Below, in pieces: positions 19,104 to 27,749 of a stretch of 64,000 nt of DNA (within the stretch, counting starts at the first letter, position 1; the number at the start of each line of letters is the position of its first letter). A program made the position numbers and the translations under genes. A model generated the notes under the pieces. It made no database searches. It was not told the DNA's origin and saw nothing but the letters and a program-made list of their open reading frames with translations. Source of the DNA: Methanobacteriota archaeon (GTDB lineage: Archaea; Thermoplasmatota; E2; DHVEG-1); the NCBI GenBank assembly GCA_963769885.1, contig CAVYNH010000007.1, positions 256,001 through 320,000 on the forward strand, given 5' to 3'.

Positions 19104-19925
19104 TTATCCTTCCTGGACGGGGGATCGCCAGTCGAGGCCAGGGGTGCGGATGCCGAGTTTGGGGACGAGTGGGAAGCGGCGTTTGTGCTGGCTACGTACA
19201 CGCATAACGCGGATACGTTCCACCTGAGCTTTGGTGGCATCGGCTTCTCGTTGGATAAGAGGGGGTGGGAGTTTACAATCGAGGCCGAAGAGAATCTCAT
19301 CGAGGGTTTCGTATTTCATTTTGAGTTCGCTTTCGTCAGTCTGGCCAATCCAAAGGCCGGCGGTAGGCGGTTTGGTAATGATGGGGTTGGGGATGCCCAG
19401 GTACTTTGCGAGTTGGTAGATCTGGGACTTGTAGAGGTCGCCGATGGGCTGGATGTCGACGCCGCCGTCGCCGTATTTGGTGAAGTAGCCGACGAGTATC
19501 TCTGATTTGTTGCTGGTTCCGCAGACGAGGCGGTGGGTCTGGTTGGCGTAGGTGAAGAGGAGGATCATGCGGGCGCGTGCCTTGATGTTGGCGAGGGTCT
19601 TTTTTGGTGGGCGTCTACCGAGAACGGTGGTGTAGGTATCGATGATGGGGGTGATGTCGATGGTGGTGCAAGGAATCTTGTATTTTGTTATGATGAGTTT
19701 TTGGTGGCGTCGGTCGCTTTGGGGGGTGGCTTCGTCCGGCATGAAGAGGCAGTGGACATGCCTGCGGCCGAGGGCTTGGGTGGCGAGTAAGGCCACGACT
19801 GCGCTGTCGACGCCGCCGGACAGTCCGATGATGACGCCGTTTGCGCCGGCTTGGCGGACGTAGGTTTTGATGAAGTCTTTGATGACGATGCTTGCTTCTT
19901 CGGGGTTGATGGTGGGGATGGTCAT
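19104..19925 (-). CDS. nadE: NH3-dependent NAD+ synthetase
   Basis: GLSGGVDSA, NIKARARM, GTSNKSE, GYFTKYGDG, KPPTAGLW.GQTDE. Confidence 0.97.
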   Translation of the reverse strand: MTIPTINPEEASIVIKDFIKTYVRQAGANGVIIGLSGGVDSAVVALLATQALGRRHVHCLFMPDEATPQSDRRHQKLIITKYKIPCTTIDITPIIDTYTTVLGRRPPKKTLANIKARARMILLFTYANQTHRLVCGTSNKSEILVGYFTKYGDGGVDIQPIGDLYKSQIYQLAKYLGIPNPIITKPPTAGLWIGQTDESELKMKYETLDEILFGLDCKLPPPLIQREADATKAQVERIRVMRVRSQHKRRFPLVPKLGIRTPGLDWRSPVQEG

Positions 19926-21256
19926 CGTTGCCAGGTCTCCAGGGATTCTTTGGTGATTTCCATGGCTTGGGTGAGTATTTTATTGTCAACGGGGGAGAAG
20001 GAGGCGCGGGCGATGGCGAAGGGGATGCGGCGGAGGTAGTCGCTCATTCTGAGGTCGCGGCGGAGGGTGGTGTTGATGTGGGTTTCGACGATGGTGTTCA
20101 TGTCTTGGAGGTAGCGTTCGACGGCGGTGTCGGTGGCGGTGATGGTGGGCTGGTGGGTGCGGGCGAGTTTGAGCCATTGGTCGTAGTAGTCGTGTTTGTC
20201 GACGGCGTCGCCGGCGCCGTAGAATTTTTTGCGGAAGAGGGCGAGGCGGTCTTCGCGGCTGATGTTTTCGACTCTGACAACGAGGGCGCAGCGGCTGAGG
20301 AGCAAGGGTGAGAGTCCGATGTCGCTGAGTGCTTGTTTGCCGAAGACCTTGCTGCGTGGGTTGGCGAAGGCGATCATGATGAACTGGCTTTCGATGGTCT
20401 GGTGGAGTTTCGAGGAGTGGACGCTGCATTTGCCGTTGCTGAGGAGTTCGTAGCAGTATTCGATGTCATCTTCGGGGATTTTGTCGAATTCGTCGACGAG
20501 GACGAGCTTGTGGTCGGCGTGGGGGAGGGCGCCGAGTTCGCCGGTGCCGAGGTGGCAGACCAAGCCACTTCGTGTGGTGTTGGCGCCGATGGTCATGACG
20601 TCGGTGAAGTCGGTGCTGATGATTTCTTTGGCCATGGTTTTGCTGCTGCCGGGTTCGCCGATGATGAGGGAGTGAACGGGCTCATCGAAGGTGCTGAAGA
20701 GGCTGGTGGCGACGACTTTTTTCATGGTGTCGTTGCCTTGGATGTCGTGGAAGACGTTCTGCCAGAAGCCGTCGAAGCCGCGGTTTTGTGCGAACTGACG
20801 GAGGTCGTCTTCGGGCAGGGTGATGCCGTGTCGTTCGTGGTCTTGGAGGTGTTTGGCTTCGAGGATTTCTCTGAGTCCTTCGGCTTTGGTGATGACTTGG
20901 GTGAAGGTCGGTGATTTTCTGGTGAGCCGGAGGATGTTGCCTTCGATGCTAAGGGCGGTGTTTCCCCAGCCAACCGCATAGACGTCGAGGGCGTTGAGGA
21001 CGGATTTGATGACGGCTCTGTCGCGTTTTTTGACGGTGATTTCGACGAGGTCGTCGGTGGTGATGGTGATGTCGAGGATGTTTTGGTTCGCGAGGATGTT
21101 GCGGGCGCGCTGGATGAGCATGGTGCCTTTGCCTGGGCCCATGCCTAGCGATTGCACTGAGCTGAGGGCGATCTGTTCGAGGGTGGTAATGCCCATGCTC
21201 TCCAGTTTCTTCCGGTCGGAAGGGATGACTCCGAGCATGGTGAGGGCGTCTTCCAT
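19922..21256 (-). CDS. MCM-like AAA+ ATPase with RadA-like HhH N-terminal domain
   Basis: Probable start ATG 21256 (444 aa). GEPGSSKT, GAL..AD..LVLVDEFDK, AFANP, PLLLSR. No Zn-finger/OB N-terminal domain. Confidence 0.8.
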   Translation of the reverse strand: MEDALTMLGVIPSDRKKLESMGITTLEQIALSSVQSLGMGPGKGTMLIQRARNILANQNILDITITTDDLVEITVKKRDRAVIKSVLNALDVYAVGWGNTALSIEGNILRLTRKSPTFTQVITKAEGLREILEAKHLQDHERHGITLPEDDLRQFAQNRGFDGFWQNVFHDIQGNDTMKKVVATSLFSTFDEPVHSLIIGEPGSSKTMAKEIISTDFTDVMTIGANTTRSGLVCHLGTGELGALPHADHKLVLVDEFDKIPEDDIEYCYELLSNGKCSVHSSKLHQTIESQFIMIAFANPRSKVFGKQALSDIGLSPLLLSRCALVVRVENISREDRLALFRKKFYGAGDAVDKHDYYDQWLKLARTHQPTITATDTAVERYLQDMNTIVETHINTTLRRDLRMSDYLRRIPFAIARASFSPVDNKILTQAMEITKESLETWQR

Positions 21257-21363
21257 AGGCTGCCTTGTGATGAAACCGGATAGAAACACTCTTCTGACTA
21301 AAAACATTTTTGGTAAAATCCCACTATCTTTTTTGAGGCGCGCACGAAGTAATAGGGGAGTGT

Positions 21364-22419
21364 CTAGCCCTCGGTTTGAGATTGAAGGGCTAGGTCGCGT
21401 TCGATTGTTTGGAGGCAATAGGGATCGGCGTGCGATTGCTCTGTGTGTGCGGCGGAGACGCAGAGGCAGCCGCCTTTGCAGGAGGCGCCAAAACGACAGC
21501 CTTGACAGGTAGCGTTTAGGTCTTTTTTAGTGAACTCTCGGTTATAGGTGAAGCAGGCGGGGTCGTTCCAGATCGAAGTCAGCGATTGGGAAAGAAGGGA
21601 GCCTTCTATGAACGATGGTGGGAGGGAGAGGCATCCTTTCACGGCACCGTCGCTTTGGATGCCGAGGTTGCTGATGCCGGCCTGGCAGCCGATCCAGCGA
21701 GGGAGGATGTTGATGTTGGGAAGTATCTTTGAATTGTAGCCGAAGCAGTGGGCGCCGACGATGGGGAGTTCTTTCATGCTGTATTGGTTGCGCGTGCCGG
21801 CGATGAAGAGTGCGACGGCGTAGAATTCATCTTTGGAGAGGGTGAGGTTTGGTGGGCATCGGCCGATGGCTGTGGCAACCTGGAGTTGCCATGCGACGCC
21901 GGTGTTAAGGAGGTGCTGTCGGAGGAGAGGGAGTTCGGGGAGGTTTTGTTTGTTGACGGTGGTGACAACGCTGACGCGGATTCCCGCATCTGTGAGGAGG
22001 GGCATGACTTCGAAGCATTTTGCAAATGAGCCGGGCCTTTGTCTGATGGCGTCGTGGGTCGCGGGTGTTCCTCCGTCGATGCTGAGGGCGATCGTGCGGA
22101 AATCGAGTGTGCGGAGTTTTGTTATAATCTCTGGGGTGATAATCCAGCCGTTGGTGACCATGCTTGGCATAATCCCGTGGTCTTTGATGTCGGAGGCGAC
22201 AGCGTACCAGTCGGGGTAGAGGAGGGGTTCACCGCCGAGTAGGGAGATTTTCTTGGTGCCGAGATCTGCGAGTTCTTTGGTTGTGCGGTTCCAGATGGCG
22301 GTCGGGAGTTCCTTGGTCCGTGGTCGGCCGGCTGCAGAGCCGCAGTGGATGCAGTTCATGTTGCAGCGTAGGCTGAGTTCATACGCAACGGCAAAGGGCG
22401 TGTAATGTTTCCATTTCAT
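21364..22419 (-). CDS. Radical SAM/SPASM protein (putative peptide maturase)
   Basis: CNMNCIHC, GGEPLL, SIDG..HD.IR..GSF; SPASM cysteines GCQAG...GC...CQGC.....CKGGC...C. Start ATG 22419. Confidence 0.93.
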   Translation of the reverse strand: MKWKHYTPFAVAYELSLRCNMNCIHCGSAAGRPRTKELPTAIWNRTTKELADLGTKKISLLGGEPLLYPDWYAVASDIKDHGIMPSMVTNGWIITPEIITKLRTLDFRTIALSIDGGTPATHDAIRQRPGSFAKCFEVMPLLTDAGIRVSVVTTVNKQNLPELPLLRQHLLNTGVAWQLQVATAIGRCPPNLTLSKDEFYAVALFIAGTRNQYSMKELPIVGAHCFGYNSKILPNINILPRWIGCQAGISNLGIQSDGAVKGCLSLPPSFIEGSLLSQSLTSIWNDPACFTYNREFTKKDLNATCQGCRFGASCKGGCLCVSAAHTEQSHADPYCLQTIERDLALQSQTEG

Positions 22420-22456
22420 GGTGTGGTTCACCTTTTGTTTGAATTTGTTTGTCGGA

Positions 22457-22486
22457 TGGCCGGTGTCCCTTGAGGGGCACCGGTCA
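22457..22486. other. Intergenic GC-rich stem-loop between small ORF and radical SAM gene
   Basis: TGGCCGGTGTCCCT-TG-AGGGGCACCGGTCA, a 14-bp inverted repeat with two imperfect pairs. Confidence 0.7.
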
Positions 22487-22495
22487 CGGTTCTGT

Positions 22496-22780
22496 TTAGA
22501 ATCGGCCGAACATCTGGTAGATGGCTTGGCCGATGTTGTCGAAGTCCTGGGTGCTGACACTGTGGTAGCGTCCTGGGGTGGCGAGGATGAGTGATGAGAC
22601 GGCGCCAAGGACGGTGACGGCAAGGATGAGCAGACTGTTGATGAGCCGTCTATTGCGTCGAATGGTGCGGTTAACTGCATCTTTCGTCATCCCTAATTTT
22701 TCTCCTAGTGTGTACAGCGTTGGTGATGTCAATCCGGTCTGGATTGTGCCTGCCTTTGTCTCTTCATATGGGTTTTCCAT
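22496..22780 (-). CDS. Small protein (94 aa), candidate radical SAM substrate or precursor peptide
   Basis: GGAGG RBS; directly upstream of and co-oriented with rSAM/SPASM; one hydrophobic helix and C-terminal TPGRYHSVSTQDF segment. Confidence 0.65.
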   Translation of the reverse strand: MENPYEETKAGTIQTGLTSPTLYTLGEKLGMTKDAVNRTIRRNRRLINSLLILAVTVLGAVSSLILATPGRYHSVSTQDFDNIGQAIYQMFGRF

Positions 22781-23058
22781 TGTTTCCTCCTTTGTCCACA
22801 AATGCATTTTGTTGTGGAGCGGGGAAAAGAGAAATTATTGTTGTAGGTGTTTTTTTGGAGGATTTAGAAAATGGTTGGTTTTGATTGCTTTCAGGAATGA
22901 AGGAGATCAAGAGTCGCCTGTGTGACGTCTGTGTTTATAGGGGTGACGCTCATTTTAACCTCGTGGGAAATACGTGGGAATAAACGAGGGTTGGTATTTA
23001 AAACTTGTGTCAAAACAACAGAAAAACCCTTATTGGAAGGACCATGAGCAACTTCGTG

Positions 23059-23592
23059 TTAAGCGATCCCGAGCCGGATTTTCTTCATTTCCCGTTCAAG
23101 GAACCGGTAGACGGTGGGATGTTGACTGCCGGACAAGAGCATATCCAGCGCGCGTTTCGCGACATCCATGCCTTCGAAATCCGCGATCAAGCCGACAGTA
23201 TGGCCGTAGATGACGACGCTGGCGCCGGTGATCGATTCGATGACGCGCTTCGTCTTCCCATCCCGACCGATGACACGCGCCTTGACCCGTTCGAGATGCG
23301 ACTCGGTCTTTCCCGCATAGTCATAGATATCGAAGATGTACAACTCCACATCATCTTTGAAAAGCCGGAACGCAGCCTCAGGCGAGAACCCGCGGCCGAT
23401 CGCGCGGACGATATCCTCGACCTTCAGCCCAATCAGCGGGTCCTGCGCTTTCGTGTCATCGATGGTGACCTCGCCTTCCTCAGAGTCGATCTCAAGGTGA
23501 ACATGGGCCCTCTCCTCAATCGACTGCTTCGTCTCGCCATTGTGGCCGATGAGGACCCCGACACGTTCCTTAGGGATGCGTACGTACCTCAT
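23059..23592 (-). CDS. KH-domain rRNA-processing protein (Dim2/Pno1/Krr1-like)
   Basis: GVLIGHNG, AIGRGFSPE, RVIGRDGKT, GSQHPTVYRFL; follows RIO1. Confidence 0.93.
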   Translation of the reverse strand: MRYVRIPKERVGVLIGHNGETKQSIEERAHVHLEIDSEEGEVTIDDTKAQDPLIGLKVEDIVRAIGRGFSPEAAFRLFKDDVELYIFDIYDYAGKTESHLERVKARVIGRDGKTKRVIESITGASVVIYGHTVGLIADFEGMDVAKRALDMLLSGSQHPTVYRFLEREMKKIRLGIA

Positions 23593-24377
23593 GACGACGT
23601 CTCCTTCTTTTTTGTCAGCCTAGCAAAAATCTTCTCATCGTCGCCCTTGATGCCGTACTTCTGGAAATACCGCACCAGGTTTTTAAGGTCGCGCTTCAGA
23701 TACTCCAACGCCTGCGGATGATCTAGTAGCACCGCCTGCCCCACGTCAATGATATAGGGTTTCCCCCGGTAGAACAGGACGTTGAACGGGCTGAGATCCG
23801 CATGCACCAGCCGGTCCTTGTACATCTTCTTCACAAACCCCAGAAGCTCGTCGTAGACCGCCTGAGGGTCGGGTGGGTCCACGTCCTTGAGCATCGGCGC
23901 CGCACGGTCCTTCGTCCCGATGTAATCCATGACCACGATGTTATGCAGCCGCTTCAGCGGCGTCGGCACCCGGATAGAAAGCTCAGAGAGCCGTGAGAGG
24001 TTCTTGAACTCCTTCTTCGCCCACTCGTCCAGGATGTCCCGGCGGCTCTTGATGTTATGCTTGAACCGCGGATCCCCCTCGATATAGGAGGCGATGTGCT
24101 TGAACGTCAGGTTCGACGTCCGATAGATCTTGATGGCGACCAGATTCCCTTCAGGCGTCGTCCCCCGGAAGATGTTCGCCTCTTTACCCGTCGAAATCGG
24201 AAAATCCATCTGCTGCAGCGTCCCATCTGAAAACAGCTTGCTGAGCCGCAAGAGCGTGGTCTTGTCGAAGACCTCGCCGAAGGTCTTCCGATCCAATCCG
24301 ATATGCTGGGCCAGCGCCTGGGAGGTGCGGTCCAGCTTCTTCAACCATCGGTCACTGAGCAGGTCTTCAGAAGACAT
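23589..24377 (-). CDS. rio1: RIO1 serine/threonine kinase
   Basis: ISTGKEANIF, AIKIY, WAKKEFKNL, HADLSPFN, IIDVGQAV. Confidence 0.95.
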   Translation of the reverse strand: MSSEDLLSDRWLKKLDRTSQALAQHIGLDRKTFGEVFDKTTLLRLSKLFSDGTLQQMDFPISTGKEANIFRGTTPEGNLVAIKIYRTSNLTFKHIASYIEGDPRFKHNIKSRRDILDEWAKKEFKNLSRLSELSIRVPTPLKRLHNIVVMDYIGTKDRAAPMLKDVDPPDPQAVYDELLGFVKKMYKDRLVHADLSPFNVLFYRGKPYIIDVGQAVLLDHPQALEYLKRDLKNLVRYFQKYGIKGDDEKIFARLTKKKETSS

Positions 24378-24720
24378 TAATGGCCTCAGGGAGCAGATGC
24401 CGCTTGGCCAGGCTGATCGCCTGCGTGCGGCTGTAGCGGAACACGATGTCCGCCTTCGCATTCTGGATATCCCAAGGCTTGATAATCAACAGGTCGCCGG
24501 CGCGCACGCGGGCCTTCCGCTTCATCTTCCCAGGGATCCGGGCGAGACGGCCCTTGCCGTCCTCGCAGACGACCTGGATGCGGGAGCCTCCCATGAGGCG
24601 GTCCGCGATCGCGAACATCTCTTTCTGGTGACGCCGCGGCAGCGGGAGTCGGACGTACTCTTCGCCTTCTCCGCCCTCGTGGCCTGAAGGACCTTGATGA
24701 CCTACTTCTTCTTGCACCAT
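24367..24720 (-). CDS. eif1a: Translation initiation factor aIF-1A
   Basis: CEDGKGRLARIPGKMK...GDLLIIKPWDIQ..KADI..RY; conserved aIF1A-RIO1-KH gene order. Confidence 0.96.
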   Translation of the reverse strand: MVQEEVGHQGPSGHEGGEGEEYVRLPLPRRHQKEMFAIADRLMGGSRIQVVCEDGKGRLARIPGKMKRKARVRAGDLLIIKPWDIQNAKADIVFRYSRTQAISLAKRHLLPEAINVF

Positions 24721-24724
24721 GGGA

Positions 24725-25279
24725 CTATAGCTCCAACGACTTAGAAATCCCCTGACAGGCCTTCAGACTGAGGCCCAGGAATTCCTCCAGTGAAAGACCA
24801 GTATCCTGACAGAGTTCAATTCTCTTTCGGTTACAGCCCGCCGCAAACGACTTATCCTTAAACTTCCCCACCAGGGTCTGGACCGTGACATCCGCCAGAT
24901 TCTTCGACGGCATCACCAACGCGGCTGCGACGACCAGCCCGGAGACCGCATCCGCCGCGATCAACCCCTTATCCAGGTAGGACTGGGGAATCTCCGCAGT
25001 GTATTCGAAGTTATGCGCCTTAATCGCGTTCACGGACTCCTCCGGGAGGAGTTCGCCGACGAGCTTGATGGTCATCAGCGAGTGTTTCTCTGGCTCTTCC
25101 TTGGTGAAGTCGAAGTCCAGGTCATGCAGCAGCCCGGTGATGCCCCACAGCTCTGGGTCTTCCCCCAGTCTGCCCGCGAGTGTGCGCATGATTGCCTCGA
25201 CCGCATAAGAATGTTTTACGAGGTTCTTCGTCCGTAGGTATTTCTGCATGAGGACGATAGCTTGTGACCGTGTAATCAT
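24725..25279 (-). CDS. HD-domain (HDIG-like) hydrolase
   Basis: KHS.AVE, GLLHDLD, KHS, IKAHN, AADAVSG, FAAG.NR. Confidence 0.9.
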   Translation of the reverse strand: MITRSQAIVLMQKYLRTKNLVKHSYAVEAIMRTLAGRLGEDPELWGITGLLHDLDFDFTKEEPEKHSLMTIKLVGELLPEESVNAIKAHNFEYTAEIPQSYLDKGLIAADAVSGLVVAAALVMPSKNLADVTVQTLVGKFKDKSFAAGCNRKRIELCQDTGLSLEEFLGLSLKACQGISKSLEL

Positions 25280-25372
25280 TAAGTGGGACGTAGCAAACCT
25301 GCGTCATTTAAAGCTTGTTGTGCAAAAGCATATATAATTCCAAGATTGTTTCCAAGCTTCAAGCGTAGGAGA

Positions 25373-25684
25373 ATGGGAACGATGCGGACGATCATGGTTG
25401 TCGACAAGGAACAGAGCCTCCAGGCCACCATCGCCCAATACATCTCTAAGGAGGACATCAAGGTCATGGCCGCTGCGACCAACCGCGAGGCCGTCACCCA
25501 GCTTGAGGACACAAAAGAGAACGAAGTCGCGTTAATCCTCGTCGACCGGCAAATCCCAGGGACAACGATCCGGGCCCTCTACCCGGTCAAACCAGGGGAG
25601 AAAACCCAGGACCCGAAAGAGGCGGTCCTCTTCAAACCGTTCACGAAGGAGCAGCTCCTCAGCTTCCTACAGACCCAGCTCTAA
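25373..25684 (+). CDS. Stand-alone, shortened response-regulator receiver-like protein
   Basis: TIMVVD, ALILVD (phosphoacceptor position), P-G, LFKPF; central part is short. Confidence 0.65.
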   Translation: MGTMRTIMVVDKEQSLQATIAQYISKEDIKVMAAATNREAVTQLEDTKENEVALILVDRQIPGTTIRALYPVKPGEKTQDPKEAVLFKPFTKEQLLSFLQTQL

Positions 25685-25694
25685 CCCCATTTTT

Positions 25695-26351
25695 TTATTT
25701 AAGGGTCTTCACCCATTCGTAGACGGGCTCGACCAGCGCCTTGATCCGCCGCTTCTCATCGTTCATGGGCGATGGCTGCCAACCGTCCGCCGGCTCGAAA
25801 TGGAAGTCGGTGATCACACCCTGCCGCTGGTCTTTGGACTTGAAGACTACCTTGAGCGGCATACCGAACTCAACATCCCAGGGCTTAATCCCTCGCAGCT
25901 CATTAGCGATGGCAACACTGCTGTCTCCGATAATCGCGTAGACGAGGATGATCGGCAGGCGTTTCAGTGAGGACCGTCCGCTCCACCCGGCCACCGTCCA
26001 GGTGTGCACGGTCGCGGTCAAGGGCATCTCGACCCATTCGGTCTCTGCGAGCTCGCAGTCCAGGTTCCAGCAGTGCGTTCGGACTGGCACCCAGCTTGTC
26101 CCGCACCGCGGACAACGCGTCCCCATAATTTTTCCCTCGATTAGGCCGACGAAGAACGGGCTGTTCTTCCCATGTCGGATCGTATATAGCTGGTCATAGT
26201 GGAGGAACTGATTCATCGTCTTCCGGTCATCAGAGATTTCGTAACCGACGAAGGCCAGACCGGTTTCTTGGACGCCGGCTGGTCGGAATTCTTTTTTCTC
26301 GGTGAAGGTCGGTCCACTAGCGTACTTCGTTTTTTTCCGTTGTTGTACCAT
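25695..26351 (-). CDS. Zn-ribbon/OB-fold (DUF35/ChsH2-like) protein
   Basis: CPRCG...PVRTHCWNLDC Zn ribbon, VHTWT, VEFGMPLKVVF; directly after the thiolase. Start 26351 or 26366. Confidence 0.88.
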   Translation of the reverse strand: MVQQRKKTKYASGPTFTEKKEFRPAGVQETGLAFVGYEISDDRKTMNQFLHYDQLYTIRHGKNSPFFVGLIEGKIMGTRCPRCGTSWVPVRTHCWNLDCELAETEWVEMPLTATVHTWTVAGWSGRSSLKRLPIILVYAIIGDSSVAIANELRGIKPWDVEFGMPLKVVFKSKDQRQGVITDFHFEPADGWQPSPMNDEKRRIKALVEPVYEWVKTLK

Positions 26352-26368
26352 TACGGTTCCCCCCATGT

Positions 26369-27616
26369 TTATGGCCTCCTGATGATAAAGTTGGAAATGC
26401 TCGTCCCGGTCCCCGCATGGCTGTTGACGATGCCGGTGGTCGGGTCGGGGACCTGCGTCTTCGAGCTGAGATGCTTCTTGGGGATCAGCCCCGAGAGCTG
26501 ATAGAAGCATTCGATGGTGCTCATGATACCAGTCGCACCGACAGGATGCCCGTAGCCGAGCAGCCCGCCGCCTGGGTTCATTGGGATCTCCCCGTCCATA
26601 TGGGTGCTCTTGTCCCTGAGGAACTGGGCGATGTGGTCACCGTCTGCGAGCCCCAGCGCCTTGTAGATCTGCGCCTCCGAGGTGGAGAACGCGTCGTGGA
26701 TCTCCCCAAAGTCAATTTGGTGAAGGGGGTCGGAGATCCCTGCCATCTTGTATGCCTTTTCCGCGGAGTTGCGGCAGGCCGCGAACTCGGTCATATCCGG
26801 GTACCCGGGCCCGTACCGTTCCTTCCAGGCGGGGTAGTTGATGCGGTCGCCGGCTCTGATCGTGCAGCTCGAGAGTCCGATGCCGTCGATGGTGACATAG
26901 CCGTCTGGGTTCACCTGTTTGGCGTATTCCTCGCTGCAGACGAGGAGGAAGGCGACGCCGCGGCTCATCAGGCAGCAGTCGTACTTCTTGAGGGGGTAGG
27001 CGATGAGCCGTGAGGCCATGACATCGTCCACGCTGATGTAGCGATGATCGTTGCGGTACCATTGGGCCTTGGGGTTGTCCATGGCGTTGTTTTTGTTCTT
27101 GGCGGCGATGCTGGCGACGTCTTCTTCGGTGACGTGGTTCTCCTTCATCCATTTGTTCGCCATGGCCGCATAATAAATGGGGTAGATGCCGCCGACCAGC
27201 AGCTCATACCGGATGTCGCTGGCGAGGGCGATGAACTCGCTGCCCTGGGACTGTGAGACGGAGTCCATGGTCTCCCAGCCGACGATGCCGACCACGTCAT
27301 GTTGCCCGCTCATGACCGCGAGCACCGCCGCGTAGAGGGCGGAGCCGCCGGTGTTGCCGCCGTTTTCGACGCGGTAGTGTGGCAAGCCGGCTAACCCAAG
27401 GTGGTCGTGGATAATCCATTCGGGCGCGAGCTGGTGTCCGAAGTGCACTGAGAAGTGCGCGTAGAGCATCAGGTCGAGGTCTCTGAGGCGAAACTCCGGC
27501 AGGTCCTGCATCGTCTCTTTGACGCAGTCCGCGGCGCCGCCTTCTATGCTTTCGAACCCGGTTGGACCGTAGTCGAACGGGGTTGTCGCTCCTCCGACTA
27601 TACAGACTCGTCTCAT
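26369..27616 (-). CDS. SCP-x-type thiolase-family protein lacking the canonical nucleophilic Cys
   Basis: KN..NA..NP.AQ, EIHDAF, NPGGGL.G.GHPVGATG; ENGGNTGG where ENACASG is usual. Confidence 0.9.
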   Translation of the reverse strand: MRRVCIVGGATTPFDYGPTGFESIEGGAADCVKETMQDLPEFRLRDLDLMLYAHFSVHFGHQLAPEWIIHDHLGLAGLPHYRVENGGNTGGSALYAAVLAVMSGQHDVVGIVGWETMDSVSQSQGSEFIALASDIRYELLVGGIYPIYYAAMANKWMKENHVTEEDVASIAAKNKNNAMDNPKAQWYRNDHRYISVDDVMASRLIAYPLKKYDCCLMSRGVAFLLVCSEEYAKQVNPDGYVTIDGIGLSSCTIRAGDRINYPAWKERYGPGYPDMTEFAACRNSAEKAYKMAGISDPLHQIDFGEIHDAFSTSEAQIYKALGLADGDHIAQFLRDKSTHMDGEIPMNPGGGLLGYGHPVGATGIMSTIECFYQLSGLIPKKHLSSKTQVPDPTTGIVNSHAGTGTSISNFIIRRP

Positions 27617-27749
27617 GCCTTTTCTCCTCAAGGAACCTTAGAACCCCACCGAGGGAATAAGTGCCCCAGACCCCTAAGCAAATGTTGCGTTATAAAAATA
27701 TTCTTTTTTTCAATCCAGCTCAACGAACAGGGATGCTTCCATAAGGATA

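Noticed and set aside
19922-22780. Provirus or plasmid carrying the MCM-like gene
   Set aside because: No integrase, capsid, att repeats or compositional break; the gene is translationally coupled to nadE.
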